DNA of 64,000 bases from Patescibacteria group bacterium. Its GTDB lineage: Bacteria > Patescibacteriota > Minisyncoccia > UBA6257 > GWB1-50-10. The stretch covers positions 32,001 through 96,000 of the forward strand of contig JBBTQX010000002.1 in assembly GCA_038065455.1 (NCBI GenBank), written 5' to 3'. This document shows, piece by piece, positions 17,055-27,506 of this stretch (position 1 is its first letter; each line of letters starts with the position of its first letter). The translations under genes were made by a program, and so were the position numbers. Below the pieces are notes generated by a model. That model was not told the DNA's origin. It saw nothing but the letters and a program-made list of their open reading frames with translations, and made no database searches.

Positions 17055-18788
17055 CTACTCCACTGTGGCGCGGATGCGCCGGATGCCGGCCGCCACCGCC
17101 TCTTCTTTGATGATTTTGAACTTCCCTACCTCCCCCGTGCGCGCCACATGCGGCCCGCCGCAGAATTCGATGGAAAATGATTTTTCAAATTGGGGACTTT
17201 CCGCTGTCGCACCCTTCGGGCCGACCGAATAGATTGATACAATATCGGGATACTTCTGGCCGAATTCGTGCTCGGCGCCGAGCTTCTCCGCCTCTTCGCG
17301 GGCGATTTCGCTGTGCACGACCGGCAAGTCTTCCGCAATCTTTTCGTTCACTATCCGCTCCGTTTCTTTTTTCTGCTCGTCCGTCATTTTCGCATTATGT
17401 ATAAAATCCATCCGCAGACGCTCGCTTGTGATGTTGCTTCCCCGCTGTTTCACCTCCGGCCCCAGCACGATTTGGAGCGCTTTGAGAAGAAGATGGTGGG
17501 CTGTATGCAAACGTATAGTTTTTTCCGAATGGTCGGCAAGGCCGCCCTTGAACTGCCCAGCCGAAGACGTCCGAGATAATTCTTGATGGGCTGATTTTCT
17601 GCGTTCGAAATCTGCCTTATCGATTGAAACTCCCTTCTCTTTCGCCAACTCCTCAATCATCTCAATCGGCAAGCCGTGCGTCTGGTACAGGTCGAAAACG
17701 ATTTCTCCGGTCAACTCCGCTTTTTCGAATTCCCGTGCTCCTTTTTTCAACGCTTCGGAAAAAGCTTCTTTTTCCTTATTAAACTCATCAAGCACTAGCT
17801 CCCGGTTTAATTCCGGATAGAACCCCTCGTAATTTTCGAATACTTCGCCGAATAGATGTTCGGCTAACTCTTCGTTTTTGGAAAGATGGAGATGAACCAT
17901 TACCCGCCTCATCAAGCGCCGGAGGACATATCCGGCTTCTTTATTGGACGGCTTCACGCCATCGGAAATCAAAAATGCGATGCCGCGGATATGGTCGCTT
18001 AAAATACGGCGCGTCCGAACTTCCATTTCTTCCGGCAAAAGGGCTATTATCGGCGCAAATAAATCTGTTTCGAATATAGTCGCCTTCTTCTGCGACACCA
18101 TAGTAAGTCTCTCCAAACCCATGCCCGTATCCACGCCCGGCGTTTCGAGCGGGGTAAGTTTTTGATTTTTCGCGTAGAACTGATTGAAAACGATATTCCA
18201 AACCTCGACGGCTTTCCCAGCAGCGTTTTTCACGTAAATTTCCGTTGTCGGACCGCACGGGCCTTCGTTCCCCGTCGGACCCCAGAAAACGTCCACGCCC
18301 TCGCGGATTATTTTTTTCTCCGGCATCCCGATATCTTTCCAGATATCGTAGGATTCTTGGTCGAACGGCACGCCGTTTTTCCGCCAATCTCCTGCCGGCA
18401 CCTTGACCGGATCAAAAATCGTCACATAATCGATATCCAATCCCATTTCTTTCACGATGAAATCGTGGCCGAATCGAATGGCTTCTTTTTTGAAATATCC
18501 GCCGAAGGAAAAATTGCCGAGCATTTCGAAGAATGTCAGATGACTTTCATCCCCCACTTCGTCTATATCCGAAGTGCGGAAGCATTTTTGAACCGAGGCG
18601 GTATTCTTCGAATTGAAATCCTTCATCGGGTCGGAATCGTTCGTGTAGTAGGGCTTGAACTGCTGCATGCCCGCAGTCGTAAGGAGCACCGACGGATCGT
18701 CGGGAATCAAAGATGAGGACGGCACGACCGCGTGCCCGTTCTTCTCAAAAAACTCCAGGAATTTTCTGCGTATCTCCGAAGAGGTCAT
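17055..18788 (-). CDS. alaS: Alanine--tRNA ligase (short form without C-Ala)
   Basis: LLTTAGMQQFKP, HLTFFEMLGNFSFG, GPCGP, DTGMGLER, HTAHHLL, EFCGGPHV. Confidence 0.96.
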   Translation of the reverse strand: MTSSEIRRKFLEFFEKNGHAVVPSSSLIPDDPSVLLTTAGMQQFKPYYTNDSDPMKDFNSKNTASVQKCFRTSDIDEVGDESHLTFFEMLGNFSFGGYFKKEAIRFGHDFIVKEMGLDIDYVTIFDPVKVPAGDWRKNGVPFDQESYDIWKDIGMPEKKIIREGVDVFWGPTGNEGPCGPTTEIYVKNAAGKAVEVWNIVFNQFYAKNQKLTPLETPGVDTGMGLERLTMVSQKKATIFETDLFAPIIALLPEEMEVRTRRILSDHIRGIAFLISDGVKPSNKEAGYVLRRLMRRVMVHLHLSKNEELAEHLFGEVFENYEGFYPELNRELVLDEFNKEKEAFSEALKKGAREFEKAELTGEIVFDLYQTHGLPIEMIEELAKEKGVSIDKADFERRKSAHQELSRTSSAGQFKGGLADHSEKTIRLHTAHHLLLKALQIVLGPEVKQRGSNITSERLRMDFIHNAKMTDEQKKETERIVNEKIAEDLPVVHSEIAREEAEKLGAEHEFGQKYPDIVSIYSVGPKGATAESPQFEKSFSIEFCGGPHVARTGEVGKFKIIKEEAVAAGIRRIRATVE

Positions 18789-18805
18789 CTATACAATCTA
18801 GAGAA

Positions 18806-19228
18806 TTACCTCAAACTCATCAAGACGGCGCCGGCCGTGAGAAGCGCCGCGCCAAGGCCGGATTTCCAAGTCAGGTTTTCCCCTAAAAAGAGAATAGCGA
18901 GAACGAGCACAAAAACCACGCTTAGCCTATCCAAAGCCGCGACACCAGAGGCCGGGCCGTTCTTCAGGGCGAAGAAGTAGAAGAGCCACGAAAGCGCCCC
19001 GGCAACGCCGGAAAGAGCGATAAAAACCAGGGCTTTGTTATCTATGGATCTAAACGATTCCCAACTTCCGAGGCCAAAAGAAACGGCCAAAAGGAAAACT
19101 GCCATTATAACGGCGCGGACGGTCGTAGCAAGCGTCGAGTCGATGTTCGATATCCCGATTTTGCCGAAGACGGCGACGAGCGCCGCCGAAACAGCCGATA
19201 ACAAAGCGAAAAATATCCAACTAGGCAT
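18806..19228 (-). CDS. EamA/DMT family small transporter
   Basis: Multi-TM; KIGISNIDSTLATTVR, SWLFYFFALK, DRLSVV, LGE. Confidence 0.85.
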   Translation of the reverse strand: MPSWIFFALLSAVSAALVAVFGKIGISNIDSTLATTVRAVIMAVFLLAVSFGLGSWESFRSIDNKALVFIALSGVAGALSWLFYFFALKNGPASGVAALDRLSVVFVLVLAILFLGENLTWKSGLGAALLTAGAVLMSLR

Positions 19229-19646
19229 TGATTTTATTATACCTCAAAGAAAATGTGAGGCCGAGAGCGAAAAGAATAATTGAATCGAAAGCCGAGAAGA
19301 GGCAATAAAAACAAAGCGAATGGATTATGAAAAGCTGGACATATAAGAACCAAAGCGAGGCAATAAATCCGAAAATCGTCAAAAGCCCGGCCAAGAAGAA
19401 CAATTTTTCGTCTCTCTTTATAAACGAAATAAGAGAAAGAATGAATATGCCGAGATAATAAACCACGCCGAGGAGCGACACCGGCACCGAGCCTAGTGTG
19501 GCATAGGAGCTTTGGAGCACCAAATCGCAGGTATTTATAAGCAGACAAACTACCGACACATCCTGATAATGCGTTATCGTAAGATATGTAGCATCAATCA
19601 ATCCAAGAAAGCTCAATACCAAAAAAATTATCGCTATTTTTTTCAT
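19221..19646 (-). CDS. Vitamin K epoxide reductase (VKOR) family protein
   Basis: C-x5-CDLVLQSSYA, PVSLLG, LCFYC. Confidence 0.9.
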   Translation of the reverse strand: MKKIAIIFLVLSFLGLIDATYLTITHYQDVSVVCLLINTCDLVLQSSYATLGSVPVSLLGVVYYLGIFILSLISFIKRDEKLFFLAGLLTIFGFIASLWFLYVQLFIIHSLCFYCLFSAFDSIILFALGLTFSLRYNKINA

Positions 19647-19676
19647 TTTAAATTAGTCTATGGGTGGTATAATTGA

Positions 19677-20135
19677 CTATACCACCTGGTTTTTTACTCT
19701 GGATACTTTGCCATCCAAGCCGAAATAATTTCCGGCGTCCATTATGAAGAATAAAATAAGTAGCGCGGCGTAGATAACATGGTCGTCCACGATAAATCCG
19801 TTCGCCACGACCGGAAAAGCGTTGCCGGCAAAATAATACAAAACCATTAAAAGCGCCCCGGGGATGGCGCTCCACCGCACGAAGAGCCCCAATATAAGGG
19901 AAATGCCCAAAAGCAAAAGTGCCCATTCGTTTATGAAATTCACAACCCCGATGACACTCGGCCCGGCAAACCAGGCATATAATCCGGAAAATGTCTTGGC
20001 ATTAGCCAGGAATCCCGCCGCGCTCCAACTCGCGTCCAATATCTTCACGAGTCCGGCATAAAAGAAAATCCAGCCCAGCGCTATTCTCCCGACAGCCAGC
20101 CAAACCTTCGTATTTTTATTTAAAATATTTTCCAT
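19677..20135 (-). CDS. DoxX/DoxD family membrane protein
   Basis: RIALGWIFFYAGLVKI, GISLILGLFVR, AGNYFGLD; start MENILN. Confidence 0.85.
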   Translation of the reverse strand: MENILNKNTKVWLAVGRIALGWIFFYAGLVKILDASWSAAGFLANAKTFSGLYAWFAGPSVIGVVNFINEWALLLLGISLILGLFVRWSAIPGALLMVLYYFAGNAFPVVANGFIVDDHVIYAALLILFFIMDAGNYFGLDGKVSRVKNQVV

Positions 20136-20142
20136 ACTTCGA

Positions 20143-21912
20143 TTATACCACCTCGGCGTTATAGCAGCTTTCACAATATACGATTTCCTTGCGGTCGGGG
20201 GAATATGAGGTTTCGAATTCATTCGGGCACTTCCCTTCTCTATGCTGGTGCTTCACGGTGTTTTGATAAATTCCGTTCTCCGATTTTTGACTGGAGCATT
20301 GGCATTGGCGATGCCAAAGCGAAAATGGATTGCGTAATCCAAAACGCGCCCCGGCTCGACAATGAAAACAATTATGCGGTATTGGAATACGCATTTTTCT
20401 GTAGAACATTAATTCCGACGGCACAATCCGATAATTTCTTGCGCATAATGAACAACGCAGAGTTTCATTTAAGATAGTATCCGACACATCGGAAATGCTC
20501 TCCGGCAACTTATCCAGGGAAATAGTTTCTTTGCCGGTAGTAACTTGAAAATGTTCTTGCCAACAGATTTTTTCTTCTTCCGCCTGTTTTTGAGTTATCG
20601 GAAAAAAATCCTGCGCTACCGTTTCATTGTAGGCAAAGTACGATAGTTCAGTCGGAAAGAATTCTCCATGTTTGTATGTTCTTCCTTTCGAATCGATGTA
20701 TGGTATTTCATCCATTTGTTTCTTTATTTTTGAAATCAATTCTTCATATTCTTCTTTGGAATATTGCTTATTCAAAACGCAATATTGGGCTTTCTTCAGG
20801 CCGCAACAGCCAAAAATGTCTTTTGACGAGTGGCATCCATCGACATAGGAAACTTCCGTATTTTTCCAGGAAAATATCGAGAAGCGGCTTCTATACGAGT
20901 GGTCGGGAGTAATTCCTTCATAGCATTGATCAAGCTCGCCTCCTACACTTAGGTCATAGCTCGCTTTAGGGGTATCGGAATTTTCAACCCATCGGCAATC
21001 TTCCGGACGCTGAACATTGAAACAGTCTCTGGAATTCTTGCCGTTTATGAGGGCATCACCCGTGCAATTAACACAATTTCTTAAACTTGAGAATTTCCTG
21101 GGGTAGAGAGGAAAAATAGATAAAAGCTCTTTCATTGCTCTTTCTGCGCCTGCGTGGGTATCAAGCCGATATTCGGCGAGAATGCGATTGTATTCCTCTT
21201 TTGTATATTCTTTATTCTTGAAACAATAACGCTTATGCCTGATGCCGACAGATAGGAAACAATCGGAACAATCCCTGCAATCCCAGCAAAAATTGCAATC
21301 GGAAAGCGCGACGGAATAATAAACATTCCGACATCGATAACATTTCTCCGTATAAACAGTTTCATAAATCGCTTCGCATTCTCCCATTGAATTAAGGCTA
21401 TCCACAATTTCTTTTCCATCGAGGAGATAAACGCTATAAAGACATTCTTCAAGTTTCCAGGCAATAAAAACCATATAGCAGTTCTTGCTACGCGCGAAAT
21501 CCTGGGTATATTCGCAATTCAAGCTTCCGATTCCGTTGTCATTCACCATCGCGAGCGCTGGCACGCGTCTTTGCAGTTCCGCGAATTGTTCGAAGAATGA
21601 TTTGGAAAAATCATATTCTTGCGCATAAGACTTCGGATCCCATCCGTCGGACCACCAGCATTTCTGACAATACACGCTTTTCATTGGTCCATCCGGAGAA
21701 TAGAGGGAAATTATGTTTTTATTGCATAAGTCGCATTTTCTGGAGTAAAGCGATAAATCATTCCGCCAGGAAAGCCGGCGCTGTTTTCGGCATTCCGGGC
21801 ACCAAGTCGGCGGCGGAACCTTCATTTTCTCATAAAACAAGAAATCGTCCGGTTCGATTGTGAACGGGTTTTTGCAGTTCTGACAGTTTTTGGTTTCTAT
21901 TTTATTACTCAT
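20143..21912 (-). CDS. Cys-rich protein with multiple CxxC zinc ribbons and short Cys repeats (CPR-type, function unknown)
   Basis: CQNC, PPTWCPECR, CDLC, CQKCWWSD, CFKNKEY, GEFFP, CSLC, CFHCR, YCESCY. Confidence 0.75.
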   Translation of the reverse strand: MSNKIETKNCQNCKNPFTIEPDDFLFYEKMKVPPPTWCPECRKQRRLSWRNDLSLYSRKCDLCNKNIISLYSPDGPMKSVYCQKCWWSDGWDPKSYAQEYDFSKSFFEQFAELQRRVPALAMVNDNGIGSLNCEYTQDFARSKNCYMVFIAWKLEECLYSVYLLDGKEIVDSLNSMGECEAIYETVYTEKCYRCRNVYYSVALSDCNFCWDCRDCSDCFLSVGIRHKRYCFKNKEYTKEEYNRILAEYRLDTHAGAERAMKELLSIFPLYPRKFSSLRNCVNCTGDALINGKNSRDCFNVQRPEDCRWVENSDTPKASYDLSVGGELDQCYEGITPDHSYRSRFSIFSWKNTEVSYVDGCHSSKDIFGCCGLKKAQYCVLNKQYSKEEYEELISKIKKQMDEIPYIDSKGRTYKHGEFFPTELSYFAYNETVAQDFFPITQKQAEEEKICWQEHFQVTTGKETISLDKLPESISDVSDTILNETLRCSLCARNYRIVPSELMFYRKMRIPIPHNCFHCRAGARFGLRNPFSLWHRQCQCSSQKSENGIYQNTVKHQHREGKCPNEFETSYSPDRKEIVYCESCYNAEVV

Positions 21913-21920
21913 TTTATTTC

Positions 21921-21950
21921 CTAGGTGGTGTCTTTAAAGACACCACCTAG
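21921..21950. repeat. Family C perfect palindrome, copy 1
   Basis: CTAGGTGGTGTCTTTAAAGACACCACCTAG (30 bp). Confidence 0.9.
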
Positions 21951-21968
21951 TTTTTGTCTTATTTTATA

Positions 21969-23168
21969 TCAACCGTATAGTCTTTCTAGCTCCTTGTATT
22001 TGGAATTGCGGCTCTCGACGGGCGCGCCGATCTTCACGCCATAGGCGCCGCCGGCCTTGGCGAAGTGGATTATGAAAGCGTCCTCCACTTCCCCCGAACG
22101 GTGGGAAACGATGGTTTTCACGCCGTTCAAGCGGGCAATCTTCATGGCTTCGCAGGTTTCGGTCACAGTGCCGATTTGATTCGGCTTCACTATCAATCCG
22201 CTGATTAGCCCTTCGCGGACTGCCTTCTCAATCGCGATGGGATTGGTTGTCGTGAGGTCATCCCCCACCACAAGCGCTCCCGCGGAACGGGAAGTTAATT
22301 TCTTGAAGCCTTCTTCGTCGGTTTCGGCGAACGGGTCTTCGATAGACATAAGAAGCGGGAAGGATTTCAGATAGAATTCGTAAACCTCCGCCATCTCATT
22401 GGTCGAAAGATTCCGTCCGTCGAATCGGTAGCGGCCGTTCTCAAAAAATCCGCTCGCGGCGGCATCAATAGCCAGAGAAAAATCGGGCGCCAACTTCCCC
22501 TCTTCTATCGCTTTTCCGAGAACTCTCAAAGGCCCGGCATTATCGGGAAAATCCAGAGAATATCCCCCTTCGTCCCCCAGCACCAATTTTCTTAGGCCGA
22601 ATTCTTCTTTGATTTTCCCTCCCAATTTTTCATAGAAATCTTTCAATTCCGCGATGCTCCTCCCGAAGGAATCGTGGGTTTTCGCCACAACCATATATTC
22701 CTGGATATCCAGATTGTTCTTCGCGTGCGTCCCGCCATTTATGAGATTAGAAAATATTAGCGGATTTTCCCCAAAAATCTCTCCGCCGAAGAATTCCTCG
22801 TTCAAAACTTCCCACAATTCCTTGTTCTTCGACTTGGCAACCAGACGCGCGAAAGAAACCGAGATGCCTAATATCAGGTTCCCGCCCAATATTTCTTTCC
22901 GCGGCGTGCCGTCCAAAGTGATGAGGAACGCATCCAGTTCGCCGATAGATTCGAAGTTCCGCCTTAAAATCTCCGGCTTTATCTTTTTTCCTGCGACTCG
23001 TATCGCCTCCGCGGGCTCCAGAACATCCGCCTCGTTCTTTCCCCGGCTCTTACCGGAGGGAATCTGCGCCGAAGCGGTATCGCCATATTCTCCCGTCAAA
23101 AACACCTCGATGGTCGGCTTCCCCCTGAAATCCGTTATTTCCTTTACTTCAATGTCTTTTATCCTCAT
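21969..23168 (-). CDS. eno: Enolase
   Basis: NGGTHA, IQEYM, GDEGG, SIEDPF, VGDDL, VKPNQIG, SHRSGE. Confidence 0.92.
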   Translation of the reverse strand: MRIKDIEVKEITDFRGKPTIEVFLTGEYGDTASAQIPSGKSRGKNEADVLEPAEAIRVAGKKIKPEILRRNFESIGELDAFLITLDGTPRKEILGGNLILGISVSFARLVAKSKNKELWEVLNEEFFGGEIFGENPLIFSNLINGGTHAKNNLDIQEYMVVAKTHDSFGRSIAELKDFYEKLGGKIKEEFGLRKLVLGDEGGYSLDFPDNAGPLRVLGKAIEEGKLAPDFSLAIDAAASGFFENGRYRFDGRNLSTNEMAEVYEFYLKSFPLLMSIEDPFAETDEEGFKKLTSRSAGALVVGDDLTTTNPIAIEKAVREGLISGLIVKPNQIGTVTETCEAMKIARLNGVKTIVSHRSGEVEDAFIIHFAKAGGAYGVKIGAPVESRNSKYKELERLYG

Positions 23169-24163
23169 GCGATGAAATTCTTCGGGTCTGCGCTGTTATT
23201 AATAAAACCCGAGATGTTCTGGAGTGTTACGGTCAATATCCTCATTAAAGCTTCGACGGTATTGAAAGCGTTGTGCGGAGTGATTAAAACGTTCGGCATT
23301 TTTATGAGCGCGTGATTTTCGAGAATTATTTTCATCGCTTCTCCGCTCGGCTCCGGCCCTTTTTCATATTTCGTTCCGCTCTCTTCTTCGAGTACATCCA
23401 ATCCCGCGCCAGCCAGTATTCCATCTTGGAGCGCTTTCACGAGCGCATTCGTCTCCACGATCGGCCCGCGGGCGGTATTCACCAAATACGCTCCTCTTTT
23501 TATCAAACTAATGTTATTTATATTAATGAGATGGCGGGTTTCCGGAGTCAAAGGACAATGGATAGTGAGTACATCGGACTGCTTGAGCAATTCCTCGAGC
23601 GGAAGATATATGAAACCCAGTTCCTTTGCAGCCGCCGCATTTTCTATTACATCATAGGCGATGATTTTCATCCCGAAGCCGTTCGCGATTCTCGCCGATT
23701 CCAACCCGATCCGGCCCGTACCGATAATGCCGATTGTCCGGCCCTTGAGATCGATACCTCGAAGACCTTCAAGCGAAAAAGAGCCGCTTTCCTTGATGCG
23801 GTCTACCGCCAGATAGATTTTCCGGGTTAAATTCAGAAGGAGTCCGAAGGCCAGTTCCGCCACCGTGTTGTTGCCATAGCCCGGCACGTAACCCACTTTT
23901 ATTCCTTTCGCTTTGCACGCCTCAAGGTCGATATGGTCGAAGCCGGTGGAATTTGTCGTCACCATCTTCAAATTTGGGAAATGTTCCAACACCTTCGCCG
24001 TTATCTTCGAATTGACGAAAATGGCGAGAATGTCGAAATCGTTCCGTTCCGGCAGTTCTTCCTCCGTAATCGCCTTATTCGAGAAATACAATTCGTGGCC
24101 GGGCAGGCTCTCTCGCGCCGTTTTTTCCTCCCACCCCTCCGCCTCGAAAAATCCTATTTTCAT
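23165..24163 (-). CDS. D-isomer-specific 2-hydroxyacid dehydrogenase (D-lactate or glycerate dehydrogenase-like)
   Basis: STGFDHID, GIIGTGRIG, HCPLTPET, NTARG, GLDVLEEE, TPHNAF. Confidence 0.9.
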   Translation of the reverse strand: MKIGFFEAEGWEEKTARESLPGHELYFSNKAITEEELPERNDFDILAIFVNSKITAKVLEHFPNLKMVTTNSTGFDHIDLEACKAKGIKVGYVPGYGNNTVAELAFGLLLNLTRKIYLAVDRIKESGSFSLEGLRGIDLKGRTIGIIGTGRIGLESARIANGFGMKIIAYDVIENAAAAKELGFIYLPLEELLKQSDVLTIHCPLTPETRHLININNISLIKRGAYLVNTARGPIVETNALVKALQDGILAGAGLDVLEEESGTKYEKGPEPSGEAMKIILENHALIKMPNVLITPHNAFNTVEALMRILTVTLQNISGFINNSADPKNFIA

Positions 24164-24202
24164 ATGGCTTCATTATAACGGAATGGGCCGATTTATAAAA
24201 AC

Positions 24203-24230
24203 AAAAAAACCGCGGTATATAATACCGCGG
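24203..24230 (-). terminator. Intrinsic terminator after the 84-aa ORF
   Basis: Minus strand CCGCGGTAT-TAT-ATACCGCGG followed by TTTTTT. Confidence 0.7.
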
Positions 24231-24231
24231 C

Positions 24232-24486
24232 TTATAATGACTGTAATCCGGAAAAGGCAAATTCGTCGAAATCTTCGATTGGTTCCGAGATCAAATCATC
24301 CTTGGAGATATCGCAACCGAGTTTTTCACTTGAAATTATCCCTTTTCCCGATTTGAATATCGTTCCGATAATTTCTCTGCCTTTGATTTCCTCTATTTTT
24401 ACCACAAATATCGAGGTTCCTTCTATCTTCGCATGGGAACCGTAGAATTTGCCGATCTCGAACTTTTTCGAGTCACCGTTTTTCAT
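24232..24486 (-). CDS. Hypothetical protein
   Basis: 84-aa ORF with an AGGA SD-like motif upstream and a terminator downstream. Confidence 0.55.
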   Translation of the reverse strand: MKNGDSKKFEIGKFYGSHAKIEGTSIFVVKIEEIKGREIIGTIFKSGKGIISSEKLGCDISKDDLISEPIEDFDEFAFSGLQSL

Positions 24487-24591
24487 AGGGTTCTTTTCCT
24501 TTCTTTTTTGATTGGTGATATAAAACTACTGAATAAAAAATAACACCGGAACGAGTCCGGTGTCAAACCCAGGCGTGTTTTAGAGACGAAA

Positions 24592-25032
24592 TTAACTTTC
24601 CTTCGTTACTAGATAAATACCGAAGATTATTGCGATTACCGGCCAGATGAACATTCCCATATGAAAGAATGGGAAGAATTGCTGAATCATGAAAAAGATG
24701 CCGGCAACGACAATAATCGCCCCGATAATGACGCGGAAGCCGCCGTGCTTCTTGTCTTTCTTGATTTCTTCCGCCACCACCTTTGCTTCTTTTTTGACCT
24801 TCTTGGCAAAATCTTTCACCTCTTCTTTCGGGCTCGTTTCCGCTCCCGCTTCAAGCGGAGTTATAACGGAGAGTACCAAATATACGAAAAGACCCACGCC
24901 GCCGGGCATTGTAAGGAGAACGAAGATGATCCTCACGACCGTCGAATCGATATTGAAATATTTTCCCAATCCGCCGCACAAGCCGAATATCATCCTATCG
25001 CTCCGCGAACGATAAAGTTTTTTATGTTCCAT
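24592..25032 (-). CDS. PspC-domain membrane protein
   Basis: KKLYRSRSDRMIFGLCGGLGKYFNIDSTVVR. Confidence 0.9.
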   Translation of the reverse strand: MEHKKLYRSRSDRMIFGLCGGLGKYFNIDSTVVRIIFVLLTMPGGVGLFVYLVLSVITPLEAGAETSPKEEVKDFAKKVKKEAKVVAEEIKKDKKHGGFRVIIGAIIVVAGIFFMIQQFFPFFHMGMFIWPVIAIIFGIYLVTKES

Positions 25033-25047
25033 AATCTAAAATATAAT

Positions 25048-27462
25048 CTATTTCCGGCTTAATTTCAAAATCGTCTTGATGACGGAATCCGGATTCAAAG
25101 AAATGCTCTTTATCCCCTCCTTTACCAAGAATTCCGCGAAATCGGGATAATCGGAGGGCGCCTGGCCGCAAATGCCAATGTATTTTTTCTTCGCGTTGCA
25201 CTTGTGGATTATTTCCGCGATGAGTTTTTTGACCGAAGGGTTATTCTCGTTCGCGATATGGGTCACGATACCAGAGTCCCTATCCAAACCGAGCGTGAGC
25301 TGAGTCAGATCGTTGGAACCGATGGACATCCCGTCGAAAATTTCCAAAAATTCGTCCGCCAAGAGTATATTGGAAGGAATTTCGCACATCACATAAATCT
25401 TGAGATTTTTGTCTTTTTTCCTGTTCAAGCCGTACTTCGCCATTATCTCCACTACTTTTCTTCCCTCTTCGGGCGTCCGGCAGAAAGGTATCATCGCTAC
25501 TACATTTTGAAGCCCCATCGTCTCACGCACTTTCTTCAGAGCTTTCACTTCCAAACTGAAAGCATCCTTGAACTTCGGGTCATAGTAGCGAGAAGCGCCG
25601 CGCCAGCCAAGCATCGGGTTTTCTTCGTTCGGCTCGTAACGCTCGCCGCCCAAAAGCTTGGAATATTCGTTTGTTTTGAAATCCGAAAAGCGGATAATCA
25701 CTTCGTTCGGCCAGAAGGCCGCGCCGATTTTCGCGATGCCCTCCGCGAGCTCGTCCACGTAGAAGTCTGTCTTCCGGCGGTAACCGAGCGTGATGGCGTC
25801 TATTTTCTCTACCAATTTTTTGGTTGCGGGATTCTTCTTCGCTTCGGAAACCAATTTCGGATAGTCGATGAGCGCGTTCGGATGGATTTTGATATGCGAA
25901 GCGATAATGAATTCGAGCCGTCCCAAGCCGACGCCCTGCGCCGGCAAGAAATGATTCTTGAAAGCCTCATCCGGCGAAGCGACATTCACCATCACTTTCA
26001 CTTTAGACTTCGGAAGCTTGTCCAAATGACGCTCCGTGACGCCAAAAGGCAGAATGCCCGCATATACCTTCCCCTCCTCGCCCGAGGCGCAATCCACCGT
26101 CACCTTCTGGCCGGTCTTCAAAACTTTCGTCGCCTTGCCCGCGCCTACGATGCACGGAATGCCAAGCTCGCGCGAAACGATTGCGGCGTGGGATGTCCGG
26201 CCGCCCTTGTCCGTAACGATGGCCGAGGCGATTTTCATAATCGGCTCCCAATCCGGATCGGTAATCTCGGTCACCAGCACCTCCCCTTTTTTGAAATCTT
26301 TTATTTTCTTAGCATCTTTGATGACGCGCACCGGACCCGCACCGATTTTCGCCCCGACAGCGATGCCATTTATAAGAACTTTAGATTGTTTCTGAAGATG
26401 GTATTCCTTATATATTTTCTTGTCCGTCAGAGCCTGAACGGTTTCCGGTCTGGCCTGGACAATGAAAAGCTTCTTCGTCCGTCCGTCCTTCGCCCACTCT
26501 ATATCCATCGGCTGATAGTGTTTATGGAGTTTCGAAAAATACTTCTCTATCTCCAAAGACCATTTCGCGAGCGTAAGCACCTCGTCCTCCGAAATGCAGA
26601 ACTTCGCCTGCTGGGACTCCGTTACCGAAACTCTCTTCGTTCCCTCTTTTCCGTATATGAGCTTCACATTCTTCTTCCCCAAATTCTGCTCGATAATGGC
26701 GCGATGGCCGGTTTCAAGCGTCGGTTTGAAAACCATGAATTCGTCCGGCGTCACCTGACCTTGAACGATCATCTCTCCTAAGCCCCAGGAGCCGGTGATA
26801 ATAATGGCGTTATCGAAGCCGCTCTCGGTATCAATCGTGAAAGCCACGCCCGAGGAGGCCAGGTCGGAGTGCACCATCTTCTGCACGCCGACCGAAAGCG
26901 CAATATCCGTATTGGCGAAACCCTTATCCACGCGGTATGAAATAGCGCGGTCGGTAAAAAGCGAAGCGATGCATTTTTTAGCCGAAAGAAGAACCGCTTC
27001 CACTCCCACTACATTCAGATAAGTTTCCTGCTGGCCGGCGAAAGATGCGCCCGGCAAATCCTCTGCAGTCGCGGACGAACGCACAGCCGTGTCGGTATTT
27101 TTGCCGTACATCTTCTCCAGTTTCCGATAGGCTTCGCGGATAGCCCTCGTGAGCTCTTTCGGTAATTCGGCTTCAATTATTATTTTGCGAATTTCTTTTC
27201 CGCTTTTCTGCAGTTCCCGAATATCCTTTGTATTCGTCCTCTTCATTATCTCCCGGATTTTCTTGTCCAAACCGGTCTTTTTCAAAAAGAAGCGGTAGGC
27301 AAAGGCGGTGAGCGCGAAACCGTTCGGGATATTTACGCCGAGCGGAACGAGGTGCGAATACATCTCCCCCAGTGCGGCGTTCTTCCCGCCCACGAGTGGG
27401 ACATCCTTGATACCAAGTTCCTTGAACCACAAAACGAACGATTTTTTCTTAGATTGAGCCAT
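25048..27462 (-). CDS. ppsA: Phosphoenolpyruvate synthase (pyruvate, water dikinase)
   Basis: VGGKNAALGEM, AVRSSATAEDLP, DIEWAKDG, GGRTSHAAIVSRE, EENPMLGWRGASRY, ICGQAPSD. Confidence 0.96.
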   Translation of the reverse strand: MAQSKKKSFVLWFKELGIKDVPLVGGKNAALGEMYSHLVPLGVNIPNGFALTAFAYRFFLKKTGLDKKIREIMKRTNTKDIRELQKSGKEIRKIIIEAELPKELTRAIREAYRKLEKMYGKNTDTAVRSSATAEDLPGASFAGQQETYLNVVGVEAVLLSAKKCIASLFTDRAISYRVDKGFANTDIALSVGVQKMVHSDLASSGVAFTIDTESGFDNAIIITGSWGLGEMIVQGQVTPDEFMVFKPTLETGHRAIIEQNLGKKNVKLIYGKEGTKRVSVTESQQAKFCISEDEVLTLAKWSLEIEKYFSKLHKHYQPMDIEWAKDGRTKKLFIVQARPETVQALTDKKIYKEYHLQKQSKVLINGIAVGAKIGAGPVRVIKDAKKIKDFKKGEVLVTEITDPDWEPIMKIASAIVTDKGGRTSHAAIVSRELGIPCIVGAGKATKVLKTGQKVTVDCASGEEGKVYAGILPFGVTERHLDKLPKSKVKVMVNVASPDEAFKNHFLPAQGVGLGRLEFIIASHIKIHPNALIDYPKLVSEAKKNPATKKLVEKIDAITLGYRRKTDFYVDELAEGIAKIGAAFWPNEVIIRFSDFKTNEYSKLLGGERYEPNEENPMLGWRGASRYYDPKFKDAFSLEVKALKKVRETMGLQNVVAMIPFCRTPEEGRKVVEIMAKYGLNRKKDKNLKIYVMCEIPSNILLADEFLEIFDGMSIGSNDLTQLTLGLDRDSGIVTHIANENNPSVKKLIAEIIHKCNAKKKYIGICGQAPSDYPDFAEFLVKEGIKSISLNPDSVIKTILKLSRK

Positions 27463-27506
27463 ATTTCGTATTTCAGACTACCTCGCTATTATAACACTAC
27501 CGATAT

